In this document: positions 1 to 13,539 of the stretch, in pieces
Position numbering within the stretch: the stretch's first letter is position 1
Layout: each line of letters opens with the position of its first letter
NCBI RefSeq assembly: GCF_006345805.1
Contig: NC_042998.1
Location: forward strand, 15,934,001 to 15,998,000
DNA length: 64,000 bases
DNA from: Octopus sinensis
Taxonomy: Eukaryota
Reading direction: 5' to 3'
Notes under the pieces: generated by a model
Seen by the model: only the letters and a program-made list of their open reading frames with translations
Databases searched by the model: none
Told to the model about the DNA's origin: nothing
Program-made: the position numbers and the translations under genes

Positions 1-57
1 TGTTCGTTTGTTTTCCACCTGCCTTCGTCTTTTCTTTATTTTCATAAAGCTTCCCGT

Positions 58-185
<128 letters not shown>

Positions 186-1890
186 GATCGTTATAATTCT
201 TTCTATTTCTCGGATTTGCAAAATAGCAAGTTTAATGTAGCATTTTTGGCTTTTACGTATTATTCATGGGTAATATTACTAGACTTGAAGTGTAACACTT
301 CCAGAATAGCCTTTTTCTGATCGATGCATGATACTTAGATGAAGGTGATATTTTCGCTGACATGAGGCTTCACAGAATGCATTCTATGATTCTGTTCGTG
401 GGTGTTTGTTTTGATCATTTATCATTTCGATAATCTCGAAATGCGGTGTGTATAAAATTCGATGAAAATATATTACTGTTTCTCTGTGGGTTTCTAGTTT
501 CTACCTGTGATATTCGCGCATTGTTTCTTCCGACATTTATCTATTGTTTTCGGATAATTCATTGAATCAAGAAATATACTTTCAATAATTCATTGTGTGC
601 ACCGCTGAGTAGTTCGAAAATTTAACATTGCTAATTTTTAACAATATATTTATATTACGTAGACCTGTAACACATATTGAATTTCATTTTCATTTTCCTT
701 TTTAGATGTTTTTCAAGTATTTTCCCAGTCTTCCTTTAAATCCAGATGTTTTCATATCAGCTTGAGATGAGTATTTTTTTTTCTCTCTGGTAATTTCCAT
801 AGATGTTTTACCTACTGTTTGTATCCTCCTCGTCATACAAATATATCGTGGATGCTTCTGTAAGTCCACGTAATCTAATTTGAAATTTCTTCTTTCTTTG
901 TCAATTTTATGTCTTGTAGTTATTATCATGCCAGTTGACATTCGTCCGTGCAAATATATTTCGATTTTATTCTCCGAAATATTCTCGTAAAGTTCATAAT
1001 TATGTATGCTATGTTTAGAATAATAACATATTAATTCATTTTCATATTCCGGTGGATTCCAAGATGAATATTTAATTGCTGGTATATTTCTGCACCGAAA
1101 TAGAACCTCATCTCTTTAGGAATATGTTCATTACAAAATTGATACCCCTTAGAAATTTTGAGACATCACGGTGTTTCGAACTCGTTTCATGTCTTCCTCA
1201 GTCAGACCGATAACACCAACAAGTACACGTACACATGTGTACAAGAATAATAAAAACGGATTATTTGCTAATGCGTGCTGATGTATGCTAAACAAATGAT
1301 TCATTGGGTGTTCGTAGTACAGCGAGAATTCAATCAGATATTCATGTTCGAATTTTCTTCCGCGTAATTCCGATCACAATTTGATAGATATGCTGTCGTT
1401 TGATAATTGAAACTTTTTGATTTTTGTTTGGTTGTTCTCCAATTGCTAACCTCATCGACATGATTTATATTCTGATTAAGTAAAACTTTGCATTTTGCAA
1501 TTAGGTTCTTTAAAATTTAGTTTGTATGCTTTATGTGTATGTTCGTTAAGTAATCTTGTTTATGTACTCCATTAATATCCCTAATTTTTATTTGTTTGTT
1601 GCATCATTAGCTAGCTAGGTTCTTTATGTGCACGTGATGGTTGTCCAATTTGCTGTAGATTAAATCTCATAAACATGAACGTTTGTATATTGCAACGAAT
1701 GTAATAGAGGAAGGTGTTTCATCTGTATGTAGAAATTGTATACATTTTGGCAATGCGAAGTTAGGAGCAAATACCATCCCACCATTCGTATTATATCAAT
1801 AAATGATGATGGTTTTGTTGATGCTAAAGTAGAATTTAGCATTAACCTATATAGATTAATATTTTGATACATAGTGATAGATAACTAGTC

Positions 1891-2290
<400 letters not shown>

Positions 2291-2900
2291 ATACCTAAAT
2301 GGGTGGTTAGATCCAACAGCGTTAAAATAAAAACGTATACTCCATCCTGTGAGAGATGAATATCAATTTAATACACGTACCAAATGAGGAACTAATACTT
2401 TCATTCTTTTATGATACAAGGACATGTAGAGTTATAAAACACTATGTATCTCTAAGCAGTTTTCCAACCTCTGTTTATGCGTAATTTTTAATGCATAAAC
2501 AGGGCCTGAAATATATCTTGGTTATACATGGCGTACTTTATAAATGTACGCATTTAACATTCATAAAAGCATGAAGCTATTAGTAACCTTTTTTGTATCT
2601 GTATGAAATAAATATTGTCATGTCTAGAAGTTTGAAACAGAGGTCTGAAAATTAGAATTTTTATATTAAATGCACAGAGATATTTTAAAGCTAAACAATT
2701 CGGTCTAGAACAATATTTGTGATCTCGCCTATTTTTTTTTCTTTTAGATGCTCAATTATTGGATAATATATTAGGTAAGTATATATCATAGATGTATATA
2801 TTTGAATAGAATCGCAAACGGGCCAAACAATTTTAACACTTAAAGAATGTTCCAAACGTTTGGCCATGTCTGTATACATATATATATATATATATATATA

Positions 2901-3554
2901 TTTGAAAATGCAGAGGTTTTTAAAGGTGTTTATTGACTTCACCTGTTTCACATATTCAATAAAAGATTTTCAAAAGAAAAATGTAAGGCTTTGTGTAGGC
3001 TTTGTTGTGTTAAAACATGGTTAACATATATGTATTACAATACAGTGATACAGTCTTTGGCAATGATAAGAAAATGTTAAGAAATAGAATATTTGACAAC
3101 GATAAGAAAATGGTGAGAGCGGATTTTTGTCTGAACAGTTTACATAACAGTATTCAAAATAGGTAGTAAAATAAATTTATAAGTTCACAAAAATCATGAT
3201 TGTATAGAAGCATGTACGCAGAAAAAAAAATGTAGACATTATTTGATAAGTGAAAGTGTGCATTGTTTAGTCAAAATTTCATCGGAAACCATATTTAAGT
3301 ATTTATACAGAATTTAAGAGGCAGAAGCAACATTTTTTCCTTCGTCTCTTGTCTTCTTTGTGTGTTTGGCAAAGATGGTTGCTATTTTTAAAAATAGTAT
3401 AGAGGTTGGTTGGTGGGGAAGCATTCACATAGTTTGTGGAATCAAAAGGATTTTTTTTATTTGTGGGCCAGTGTCATGGTACAGTGGTTTTTGGACTGGT
3501 CTTAGAGTTCAAGATAGTGTGAATGGGTGTGCACGGTTCTATGTGGTATATATA

Positions 3555-3585
<31 letters not shown>

Positions 3586-3870
3586 CTTGCGTATGTGTGT
3601 GTGTTTTTTTTACTGGTCTTAGAGTTCAGTGTGGTGTCAGTGTGTATGTATTGGCCTCTGTATGAGTGTGTTTTATATTCATATATGTGCACCTTTGTGT
3701 GTGTGTGTGTGTCTGTCTGTGTTTGTTTGTCATGTTATAATTCTCCGGGTGGTGTGTGTGTGTACATTCGTATGTGTGTGAGGGTGCATATGTATGTATG
3801 TGAGTGCATGAGTTGTACTTGTCTGGGTTTCCGTGTGTGTCCGTATGTACTACGTTTATCAGGGCTGTGT
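2901..3870 (-). repeat. Left arm of ~1-kb diverged inverted repeat (probable inverted Penelope pLTR/3' region copy)
   Basis: Reverse complement aligns by eye to 7505-8438, e.g. ttttggactggtcttagagttcaaga vs tcttgaactctaagaccagtccaaaa, and aaaatgtaaggctttg vs caaagccttacatttt. Confidence 0.85.
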
Positions 3871-3994
3871 AATTGTGTGTGCGTATGTGTATGCGTGTGT
3901 GCAGTCACAACATCTTCCGGAGTTTTGTTCCTGCCTTTTGTAGGGTTTTATTGCTTTTATTGCGTACCACTGAGTCGTCGTTATTTCGAGCCTA

Positions 3995-5281
3995 AACTTG
4001 TCAAACCAATAAATTAATATCCTCTCAAAAGGATTGAAATTCACTCCAACAGCAAAATACCTACAAAAGGCAGTAACAAATCTCTCGATAAATTTTGTGA
4101 CTACATATCAAACTTCCCTTATAGTGAACTGCCACAACCTGAACCCAACAGTAAAAGGGAAATCATGTACGACTTACAAAACAATCATAACATCACAGTC
4201 AAGGAACCAGATAAGGGTAATAATGTAATTATGAACACAGTACAATACAAAATGCTCTATCTCACCTCTTACAAGATACTATTTACTATGAAAATGTAGT
4301 CAACTACCAACACTCAAAAACAATATAGAAATTAAACACACTCATTTGCCAACATGGAAGCAACATAACGGCAAAGGACTGCGAATATTTAATAATTTGC
4401 AAAACCAGCAACCATTACGGGCTTTCTAATATCCCAAGAGCAAAATAATTATCGAACTTTGCAAAATGTCCTCCTCAAACTGCATCAGTGTAGCACGCCC
4501 CTCTTATCTCGAACCGAGACGAATTGTGGCAGGTCCAAACAGAAATACACATATTAAGCAACTTCATTGATATACTCATGAAACCAATACGTGAACACAT
4601 ACCAAGTATTTTAATACATGATCTGGACCTCCAAAATCACATCCTCAAACAGGAAAATAACAGCCTTTTCATCGTCTTTTTTGATGTGATAAAATTTTAT
4701 ACTACGATCGCACATCATGCGGACACGATTATATACAATAACATCCAAATACTGAGTCAAGACACGCGTTTAAAAGCGCATCGAATCACATAAAATAATA
4801 AAAAGCTTGGATCAACCCAAATCCCCACCAAAAACTTACTCGCCAATGCTATATTACCCAATACAAGCTCAACACTCACCGTCTAGAAATGTCGCTCCAA
4901 CTGCAGGACCTGCAGTCACCTCATTGAAGGCACAATATATAAATTCCAATCAGGACATACTCTTTTCGCAAAACTTAACTTCACCTGCGCATCAAAAAAT
5001 TTACTTTATGTCATTAGGTGCGCAGGGTGCACAAAAGACTACATAGGACCGACTAGACTTACCCTCAGAGATAGGATGACACTCCACCGCCAACAATCGA
5101 GGGATCCCACATGAAGAGAGATAACACTTAATGGCCACTCAAATCTCTGTGCATAAAATACATCCCCCAAATGCTTTTTTTCCCAATGTACCAATGTACA
5201 GGCATCATCCTTAACCAAACACAGATAAATAGGAAAAATATCCTGATTCAAAAATACAGACCACAACACAACATACTCTAA
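3995..5281 (+). pseudogene. Penelope-like retroelement ORF remnant (RT + GIY-YIG endonuclease), frameshifted and internally deleted
   Basis: Manual translation gives ILSKGLKFTPT (~4020), ITVKEPDKGNNVIMN (~4190), RRIVAGP, SNFIDILMKP..HIPS..FDV..FYTTI (4524-4720), NFTCASKNLLYVIRCAGCTKDYIGPT..L..R...HRQQ (~4975-5100) and FPMYQC...IQKYRPQHN-stop. These are canonical PLE motifs. Confidence 0.9.
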
Positions 5282-5938
5282 CATCTAACGCAAAAACACA
5301 ATACCTCTACTCCCCCGGTACATATCCACAACAAACACATGCAGGAACATACACAGATAAGACACAAGCAGGAACATACACACAAATAAAATGCAACCCC
5401 CACACAAATACAATGGAACCCCACACATACATGCACAAACAAAATATACCTGCGCTTGAGCACAAGCCCACACACGTTCCAAGGAAAACACACAGACACA
5501 CATATATACACATGCAATACAATTCTAGCCATCAACCATCACTCACAGACATTCACACACATACACATACATGCACAAATTTACACACACCACCCTGACA
5601 ATTACAAGACGCACTCAAAACAACAGACCCACACACACACACACAAACATGCAAATACAACACAACCCCCACACGCATATATACACACAAACGTACACAC
5701 ACACAAACACGATATGCCTATACCCCAGTAAACACACACATTCAAAGAAAATGCACCCACATGAATACACGCAATGTAATCCCAACAATCACAGCTAACA
5801 CTCACAGACACACACATACACACATACATACACACACAGCCACGTACACGCATACAATAACACATACCAACCTGACAAGACACACTCACACAAGCACACC
5901 CACACTTATACACATACACTGCACAAACAATATACATC

Positions 5939-6323
5939 GGCGCAGGAGTGGCTGTGTGGTAAGTAGCTTGTTTACCTACCACATGGTTCCGGGTTCCGTC
6001 CCACTGCGTGGCAAATTGGGCAAGTGTCTTCTGCTATAGCCCCGGGCCGCCCAATTCCTTGTGAGTGGATTTGGTAGACGGAAACTGAAGAAGCCTGTCG
6101 TATATATGTATATATGTATTGATATGTATGTGTGTGTTTGTGTGTCTGTGTTTGTCCCCCTAGCATTGCTTGATAACCCCGTCACTTAGCGGTTCGGCAA
6201 AAGAGACCGATAGAATAAGTAATGAGCTTACAAAAAATAAGCCCCGCGGTTGATTTGCTCGACTAAAGGCAGTGCTCCAGCATGGCCGCAATCAATTGAC
6301 TGAAACAAGTAAAAGAGTAAAGA
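5939..6323 (+). mobile_element. tRNA-derived SINE, type A (ggcgcaggagtggctgtgtgg head)
   Basis: A-box-like TGGCTGTGTGG, B-box-like GGTTCCGTCCC, internal microsatellite, (aaaagagt)n tail. Homologous to other copies in the window. Confidence 0.85.
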
Positions 6324-6897
6324 GTACAATACACTCTCAATAATACACCGAAATATGCGCACACACAACACATAAAATAGCACACACATATACACACTTC
6401 GGCACAACAAATATATCACACAAACATACACATACACCCGAAAACTATATAAAACACACATACATACAAACACACTCACAAACACACATTCAGTACAAAC
6501 ACGCACAGTACGTACATGTACACACACACGCACACACACACACACACACCACCCTGACAATTACAAGACGCACTCAAAACAACAGACCCACACACACACA
6601 CACAAACATGCAAATACAACACAACCCCCACACGCATATATACACACAAACGTACACACACACAAACACGATATGCCTATACCCCAGTAAACACACACAT
6701 TCAAAGAAAATGCACCCACATGAATACACGCAATGTAATCCCAACAATCACAGCCAACACTCACAGACACACACATACACACATACATACACACACAGCC
6801 ACGTACACGCATACAATAACACATACCAACCTGACAAGACACACTCACACAAGCACACCCACACTTATACACATACACTGCACAAACAATATACATA

Positions 6898-7282
6898 GGC
6901 GCAGGAGTGGCTGTGTGGTAAGTAGCTTGTTTACCTACCACATGGTTCCGGGTTCCGTCCCACTGCGTGGCAAATTGGGCAAGTGTCTTCTGCTATAGCC
7001 CCGGGCCGCCCAATTCCTTGTGAGTGGATTTGGTAGACGGAAACTGAAGAAGCCTGTCGTATATATGTATATATGTATTGATATGTATGTGTGTGTTTGT
7101 GTGTCTGTGTTTGTCCCCCTAGCATTGCTTGATAACCCCGTCACTTAGCGGTTCGGCAAAAGAGACCGATAGAATAAGTAATGAGCTTACAAAAAATAAG
7201 CCCCGCGGTTGATTTGCTCGACTAAAGGCAGTGCTCCAGCATGGCCGCAATCAAATGACTGAAACAAGTAAAAGAGTAAAGA
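6898..7282 (+). mobile_element. tRNA-derived SINE, type A (duplicate copy)
   Basis: Near-identical to 5939-6323. Confidence 0.85.
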
Positions 7283-7504
7283 GTACAATACACTCTCAAT
7301 AATACACCGAAATATGCGCACACACAACACATAAAATAGCACACACATATACACACTTCGGCACAACAAATATATCACACAAACATACACATACACCCGA
7401 AAACTATATAAAACACACATACATACAAACACACTCACAAACACACATTCAGTACAAACACGCACAGTACGTACATGTACACACACACGCACACACACAC
7501 ACAC

Positions 7505-8438
7505 ACACCACCCTAATAAACGTAACACACACGATCACACGGTATCCCCCAGACAAATACAACTTACTCACACACACATACATACTCATACACATACACA
7601 CTCATACGGATGCACAACCACACACGCAGACTTACACATACACACACTTTGAACAAACGCATACAAAAAAAACATACACACACAAACGTGCACACATATA
7701 AATATAAAACACACACATACAGAGGCCCATACATACATACTGACACCACACTGCACTCTAAGACCAGTCAAAACAACCCCCACACACACACACATACACA
7801 ATCAGATATATATAACACGCACGCACACAGACATTCACACTGTCTTGAACTCTAAGACCAGTCCAAAAACCACTGAACCATGATAGACTAGCCCAGAAAC
7901 AACAAGAATCCTTTTGATTCCACATACTATGTCAATTCTTTCCCCACTGACCAACCTCACGTACTATATTTTAAAAATAACACCATCCTTGCCAAATACA
8001 CATACAAGACTGGAGATGAAGGAAGAAAGTTTGCTCCTGTCCCTAGAATTCTGTATAAATCCTTAAATATGATTTCCGATGAGGTTTTGATAAAGCAATA
8101 CACTCTTTCTACTATCAACTATTGTCTACAAATTCTTTCTGTATACATGCTTCTATACTGTCCTTATTTTTGATGAACTTATAAAGAATTATGAATTTAT
8201 TTTACTACCTATTTGGAACACTTTTATGTAAACTGTCTAACCAAAAACCCCCCTTAACATTTTCTGTTTCTTAACAATTTCTTATCATTGCGTAAGACTG
8301 TATCACTGCATTTTAATACATCTATGATAACCATTTTTAAAACAACAAAGCCTTACATTTTACTTTCGAAAATCTTTTATTAAAATGTGAAACCGGTCAA
8401 GTCAACAAACATCTTTAAAAGACGTCTGCCGTTTCAAA
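7505..8438 (+). repeat. Right arm of ~1-kb diverged inverted repeat
   Basis: Reverse complement of 2901-3870 with many substitutions and indels. Confidence 0.85.
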
Positions 8439-8616
8439 TCCTCTTTCCCTCTTTCCTGTAAATTTTCACTCGTGCAATATCTTTTAATTTTACTTTGTTA
8501 TACATACATACATACATTCATTCATACATACATACATACATACATACATACGTACATTCATTCATACATACATACATACATACATACGTATATATATATA
8601 GGCCATTCCTAAATTG

Positions 8617-8673
<57 letters not shown>

Positions 8674-10876
8674 ATATTATATATATATATATATATATGT
8701 ATATATAAAACACTAACAATATACTCAACTAGGACCGAGGAATTTCTTAGATGTATTTACGTATATCCAACTGAGAAAAGGACTACCTCGGTTGACACTC
8801 GGTAGCTGCAAGCTGCGAACGTCCTCCGCAGGCACACTACAGGGGATATTAATTTTGAAATATATCGGACATGCGGTCGTATTATTTATTTGTCTAAGTA
8901 AATAATTTCTCCTTCTTTCATATTACCAAATTATCGTTCCTAGCTTTTGCAAAATAGTATGTGTTTCTACAAATACACAGTTCATTATTGTTGTTTGTTT
9001 ACATACATTCTGTAATTGGATATTTTCCTTTACAAGTATGAACGGATATTAAACATTATGAAGCGAATGCAATCGTGCTTATTCATTGATTTAATCGATA
9101 ATTCTCTCCAATTAATTGTATACGACAGCTATATGCATAGTGTTCTGTGATTGTTAGATTTAATATGTTTACAAATAAATGTCATTCTTAATATTTGCGG
9201 ATGTATATGAAGCATTTTAGCACACATGACTGAAATCAAACTTGGTCCCTACGGTAACATATATTTTACACATTATATGGCGACATATTGAACATATAGC
9301 AAAGAATGAATGGAATTATACCTATCTGTTTTCTTTGCTAATTCGGAATTAATTTTCTGCATTGCTTAATTAAGGATGTAATTTTTACTCTACCAATACC
9401 CGTTTATGACATTGCTCAAAATACGTTTCATAGAAGGGATGTACTGTAAGCGACGTGCGAAAATCTTATACAGAATGTGACTAAATGTTATTATGTCGTT
9501 ACGAGTCACATCTCAAAGTGGAATATCACACTTGAAATAACTGATGTGTGAGATCATTATGCTCAATCTCTTCCTGAAATTCATTTGATAAGAGTTGTAC
9601 AATAAATTAAGGTTAAAGAAGCAAGCTATTTTGGAACTTTACACTTCGCGTATATAAGATGAAATTTAATTAATATTAACTATTACGCTAGACGCTTTTT
9701 CACCTCTTCACATACATAATTCTACATTAATTAGTTAATATTTTTCAGATTCTCTCCCGCCAGGTCTGATCTGATTAAAGCATTTAACTAGAATTTCCAT
9801 CACAATTTTATATTTTTTAGTAACTACATATATTTTCTCAACAAAAAAATGTGAATTTAGAATTAACTGATACATAGACTATAGGATATTTCATCGAAAT
9901 GTTGGGCAACTATAAATTAAAATATGAGACCATAGGGAATACATTCCAATGGCGCAAATTGTTCATCATTTTCATGTTAATTAAATAAGATGTAAGGGAT
10001 CAGTTATGAGATTAATTTGATAAAGATTAAGCGAAATTACGTTAGAAATTATAAAATGAACATCGGCTCGGTTAAACTAATGCAATGCAAAATTCCGTAT
10101 GTATGTTATAAAGAATAAGTGACGTCTAATTGCGCAGCTTCTGCCCAACATATTTCTCCTAGTGTGCATAAAAAGCGGCAAACTTTGAAATGCATGCAAT
10201 TAAAATTGTTAAATATTGCATACAAAATATTTAAGTTCGCAATTTCTTTAATGCTATTGTGTATTTCATACTATTGTTAGTAACATTCTGCCATTTTTCA
10301 TTTGTTCTTTAGCTTCACATTGCTAAACCATGACCTTGAATGTAACAAAATTAAGTATATTATTAGCGGAGAAAAAGTAATATGTTTGGTTGCCTGAATA
10401 GATAAATAAAATAGAAAATCAGTATCTAATATAACACTACATATGTTTGGAGGCAGACAACAATATGATAAATATTTTTTCCACAGTGAATCTGAACACG
10501 AGTTTATTAGCTACTTTCATTTAAGTAGCATTTTTTTCTGTAATTTCATTTTCTAGCGAATCATGAAATAACAAACAATTGAATAGAGACAGCTAATAAT
10601 AAATGAGAAAAAAAAACTAAAGAAGCATCAGACTTAAGGCATTGCATCATAAGTGATCACGTTCATATTCTTTATGCACACACGATCACTCAGCCAATTT
10701 ATCACATATGTTATTGAAACTATTTCAATACGCAATGTTTCAGATATACACGCTGACAAACAGGCGTGCACACACATATACATATACTTAATATACATGC
10801 ATATAAATGTTTACATATGTGCATAGAAACATATGTATATATGTATGTGTCTGTATATGAGTGTATGTGTGTGTGA

Positions 10877-10907
<31 letters not shown>

Positions 10908-11196
10908 AGTGTGTGTGTGTGTGTATGTTTGTTTATCTATAAGCAATAATGAATACGATAATTATATCCCTCTTAACGCATACAGCCACTCTCAACCACA
11001 CACATACGTATTTATATATATATATATACATATATACACAGGCACGCACACACATATATACAAACACATAGGCACACGCAAAAAAAAACACGTAAATATT
11101 TATATCTATCTATGTACAGGTTGTCTCAAAAATATGTATCTACGGTATAACTGTTGATGACACGCTGAGTCCGTTGCTCTAATCATAGCGACGTAT

Positions 11197-11254
11197 AACA
11201 AGCCGTGTATAAACATCTACCACGATCGTGTTAGATGTTTATACACGGCTTGTT
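11197..11254. repeat. 58-bp near-perfect palindrome
   Basis: aacaagccgtgtataaacatcta-c-cacgatcgtg-t-tagatgtttatacacggcttgtt: 23-bp arms, one mismatch, self-complementary centre. Confidence 0.95.
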
Positions 11255-11822
11255 TGCTGTGAATGGGAAAGCGGAGTGTTTAAGAAGGGATGGTATCGCA
11301 AATTTAAGCCCTCTAAATTCACGAACTACCGGATTTGATATCCAGACTTAATCCTCGTCGCCGGAATGTTAACAAAAATATCACAGGTTATTTATTAATA
11401 CAAAACTCAGTATCGGTAATTTAATACACCGATTAAAGATAAGCCAACGGCATCACAATCATTCCTTAATAAAGCCATCCTAAACTAAAACTTTTGTACA
11501 TGGCGTAATCAGAGTGGAGATGTAAGTTGTCTTCCCTTTTCCTTGTTTTACGACCGTAATTTTTATTCACTATCTTTACGCCTTTTAATGTCCACCACAT
11601 AATCATTCTTTTTCCCATTTGTTTCGCTTAAAACCTGCCTGATTACTTCCTTCGTAATCTCGAAAAACATCTTGACCATCAATCCAGCCGTTTGACTGTG
11701 AAGAGGATACAAACAGACAGACGGACATAACACACGTTATAATAAGCTGTTGTCATCCTCCGATTATTTAGGGAATGAAATCGTTGTTTTCTACCCATCT
11801 CGTTTATGGAAATCTTTCCTTG

Positions 11823-12197
11823 CTCTTTTACTCTTTTATGTGTTTCAGTCATTTGACTGTGGCCATGCTGGAGCACCGCATTTAGTCGAGCAAATCGACC
11901 CAGGACTTATTCATTGTAACCCTAATAATTAGTCTATCGGTCTCTTTTGTCGAACCACTAAGTAAACTCACCAGCATCGGTTGCCAAGCGATGTTGGGGG
12001 GGACAAACACAGACACACAAATATATACATATATACGACGGTTTTCTTTCAGTTTCCGTCAACCAAATCCACTCACAAGTCTTTGGTCGGCCCGAGGCTG
12101 TAGTAGAAAGCACCTGCCCAAGTGTCACGCAGTGGGACTGAACCCGGAACCACGCGGTTCACAAGCAAGCTATTTACCACACTGGCACTCCTACGCC
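11823..12197 (-). mobile_element. tRNA-derived SINE, type A
   Basis: Reverse complement of the type A body (ggagcaccgc...tagtcgagcaaatcgacc...cttgtc/gcagtgggactgaacccggaacc). Confidence 0.85.
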
Positions 12198-12728
12198 TAT
12201 CCTTGTTTATCTTCTTTCTAAAGATTCATCAAAATCTCTTGTTGTTAGTACTGCACAGATTTAAATTGAATTTTAACCAGCTTTAGAGAAAAGTTCTTAT
12301 CTAGTTGATTGCAACACTTTGTACGGTTCCAATAAACATTGTTGACTAATTCATTTATTTGGTGTGCACCTGTGACGTGAAATTTCCTGATTCTCAACGT
12401 TTCCATATTTGCTGTTTGCTTTGTGTATTTCTTCGTAAATTCTTCTAAGTGCTCTATTGCAAATTCCGACAAAATTCCAGCGGTATTGTATATTTATCAG
12501 TTAGATTGTTTAAATACTAGCCCCAATCACGCAAACGTATAGTTTTAATATCTATTTGAATGCACATACACACTCGCGCACATACACACGCACGCGCAAA
12601 CACACATACACCCACACAAACAAACGCACACACATATGATATTCCAGCTAAGTCTGATTTTCACGTTTTATTATTTTCAATTTTTCGAATTTTCCAATGT
12701 TCCAATTTTACAACGTTACAATATTGAA

Positions 12729-12770
12729 ATAAACTAGTACTTTCATGCGCGACGCAATCATCAGGTTTAT
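12729..12770 (-). ncRNA. Minimal type I hammerhead ribozyme
   Basis: Minus strand: AUAAAC CUGAUGA U UGCG UCG CGCA U GAAA GUAC UA GUUUAU. 6-bp stem I, intact core, 4-bp stem II, palindromic stem III (AGUACU), CUA cleavage triplet. Confidence 0.8.
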
Positions 12771-12831
12771 ACACTCACAGTCGTGTTCCCCAAAATTAAC
12801 TGTCAGTTGTGGAACTCTATACTATCACTAT

Positions 12832-12887
12832 ATAAACCTGATGATTGCTAAACGCATGAAAGTAAACACATAAAAGTACTAATTTAT
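12832..12887 (+). ncRNA. Type I hammerhead ribozyme variant
   Basis: AUAAAC CUGAUGA U UGC UAAAC GCA U GAAA GUA aacacauaaaag UAC UA AUUUAU. Core intact, C/A mismatch closing stem I. Confidence 0.6.
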
Positions 12888-13344
12888 TTCAATATTGTTA
12901 AAGTTGTAAAATTGTAAAAATAGGAAATAATAAAACGTAAAAAAATCAGTCTAAGTTGGAATTTCATTGATCAATATATTGTTCTATTCACAATTATACA
13001 AATTCGGTAAATATACATGCACAGACGCATACACACGCGCGCGCACACATGCACACACACACATATGTATATACATTCATTTAAATATATAAATATATAG
13101 GCGTGGTTGTGAGGTAAGAAGCTTCCTTTTCAATCACGTGGCTCTCAAATTTATAAACTTGAAATACTGTACTGAAGAGCGAGAATGATGGAGTGGAAAT
13201 ATGTTTTTTTGCATTTTTCACATCTATCCAACTCTGAAACGCGTCTATAGTTAATCAAAGACGGGTGAATTCGTTATTTTTTCTCTTTGCCTACGTGGGT
13301 TATTGAGTATTGTTGTCAGAGATTTTCTTATGGTAGAGAAATAA

Positions 13345-13539
13345 CTAGTTTTGGCTGCTATTTCTAAATTTCGGTGTGGTGAAGCAAATTTTTTTCATAA
13401 ACTCTAATTATAATTCTACACATAATAATAACAAAAAAAAACTTGTTTAAGATTACCGATAATGGTTCTTTTAACATGCCGAACTGCTTGGTAAAATTAT
13501 TTACTATTAATTAATTAATTTAACCCTTTATTATTATTG

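Larger units (their letters stand above)
5583..7514 (+). repeat. 959-bp near-identical tandem duplication (CA-rich DNA + SINE)
   Basis: Matching ORFs and SINE heads are offset by exactly 959 (5602/6561, 5939/6898). Boundaries share acacacaccaccct. Confidence 0.95.
12641..12962. repeat. ~320-bp imperfect palindrome carrying one hammerhead per arm
   Basis: attccagctaagtctgatttt... pairs with ...aaaatcagtctaagttggaat. Inner gcaatcatcaggtttata pairs with tataaacctgatgattgc. Confidence 0.9.

Noticed and set aside
1165-1210. Minus-strand CUGAGGA...GAAA
   Set aside because: Stem III lacks the U16.1 pairing and stem I is absent.
8065-8110. tttccgatga motif in both PLE arms as a hammerhead
   Set aside because: No downstream GAAA or stem III in either arm.
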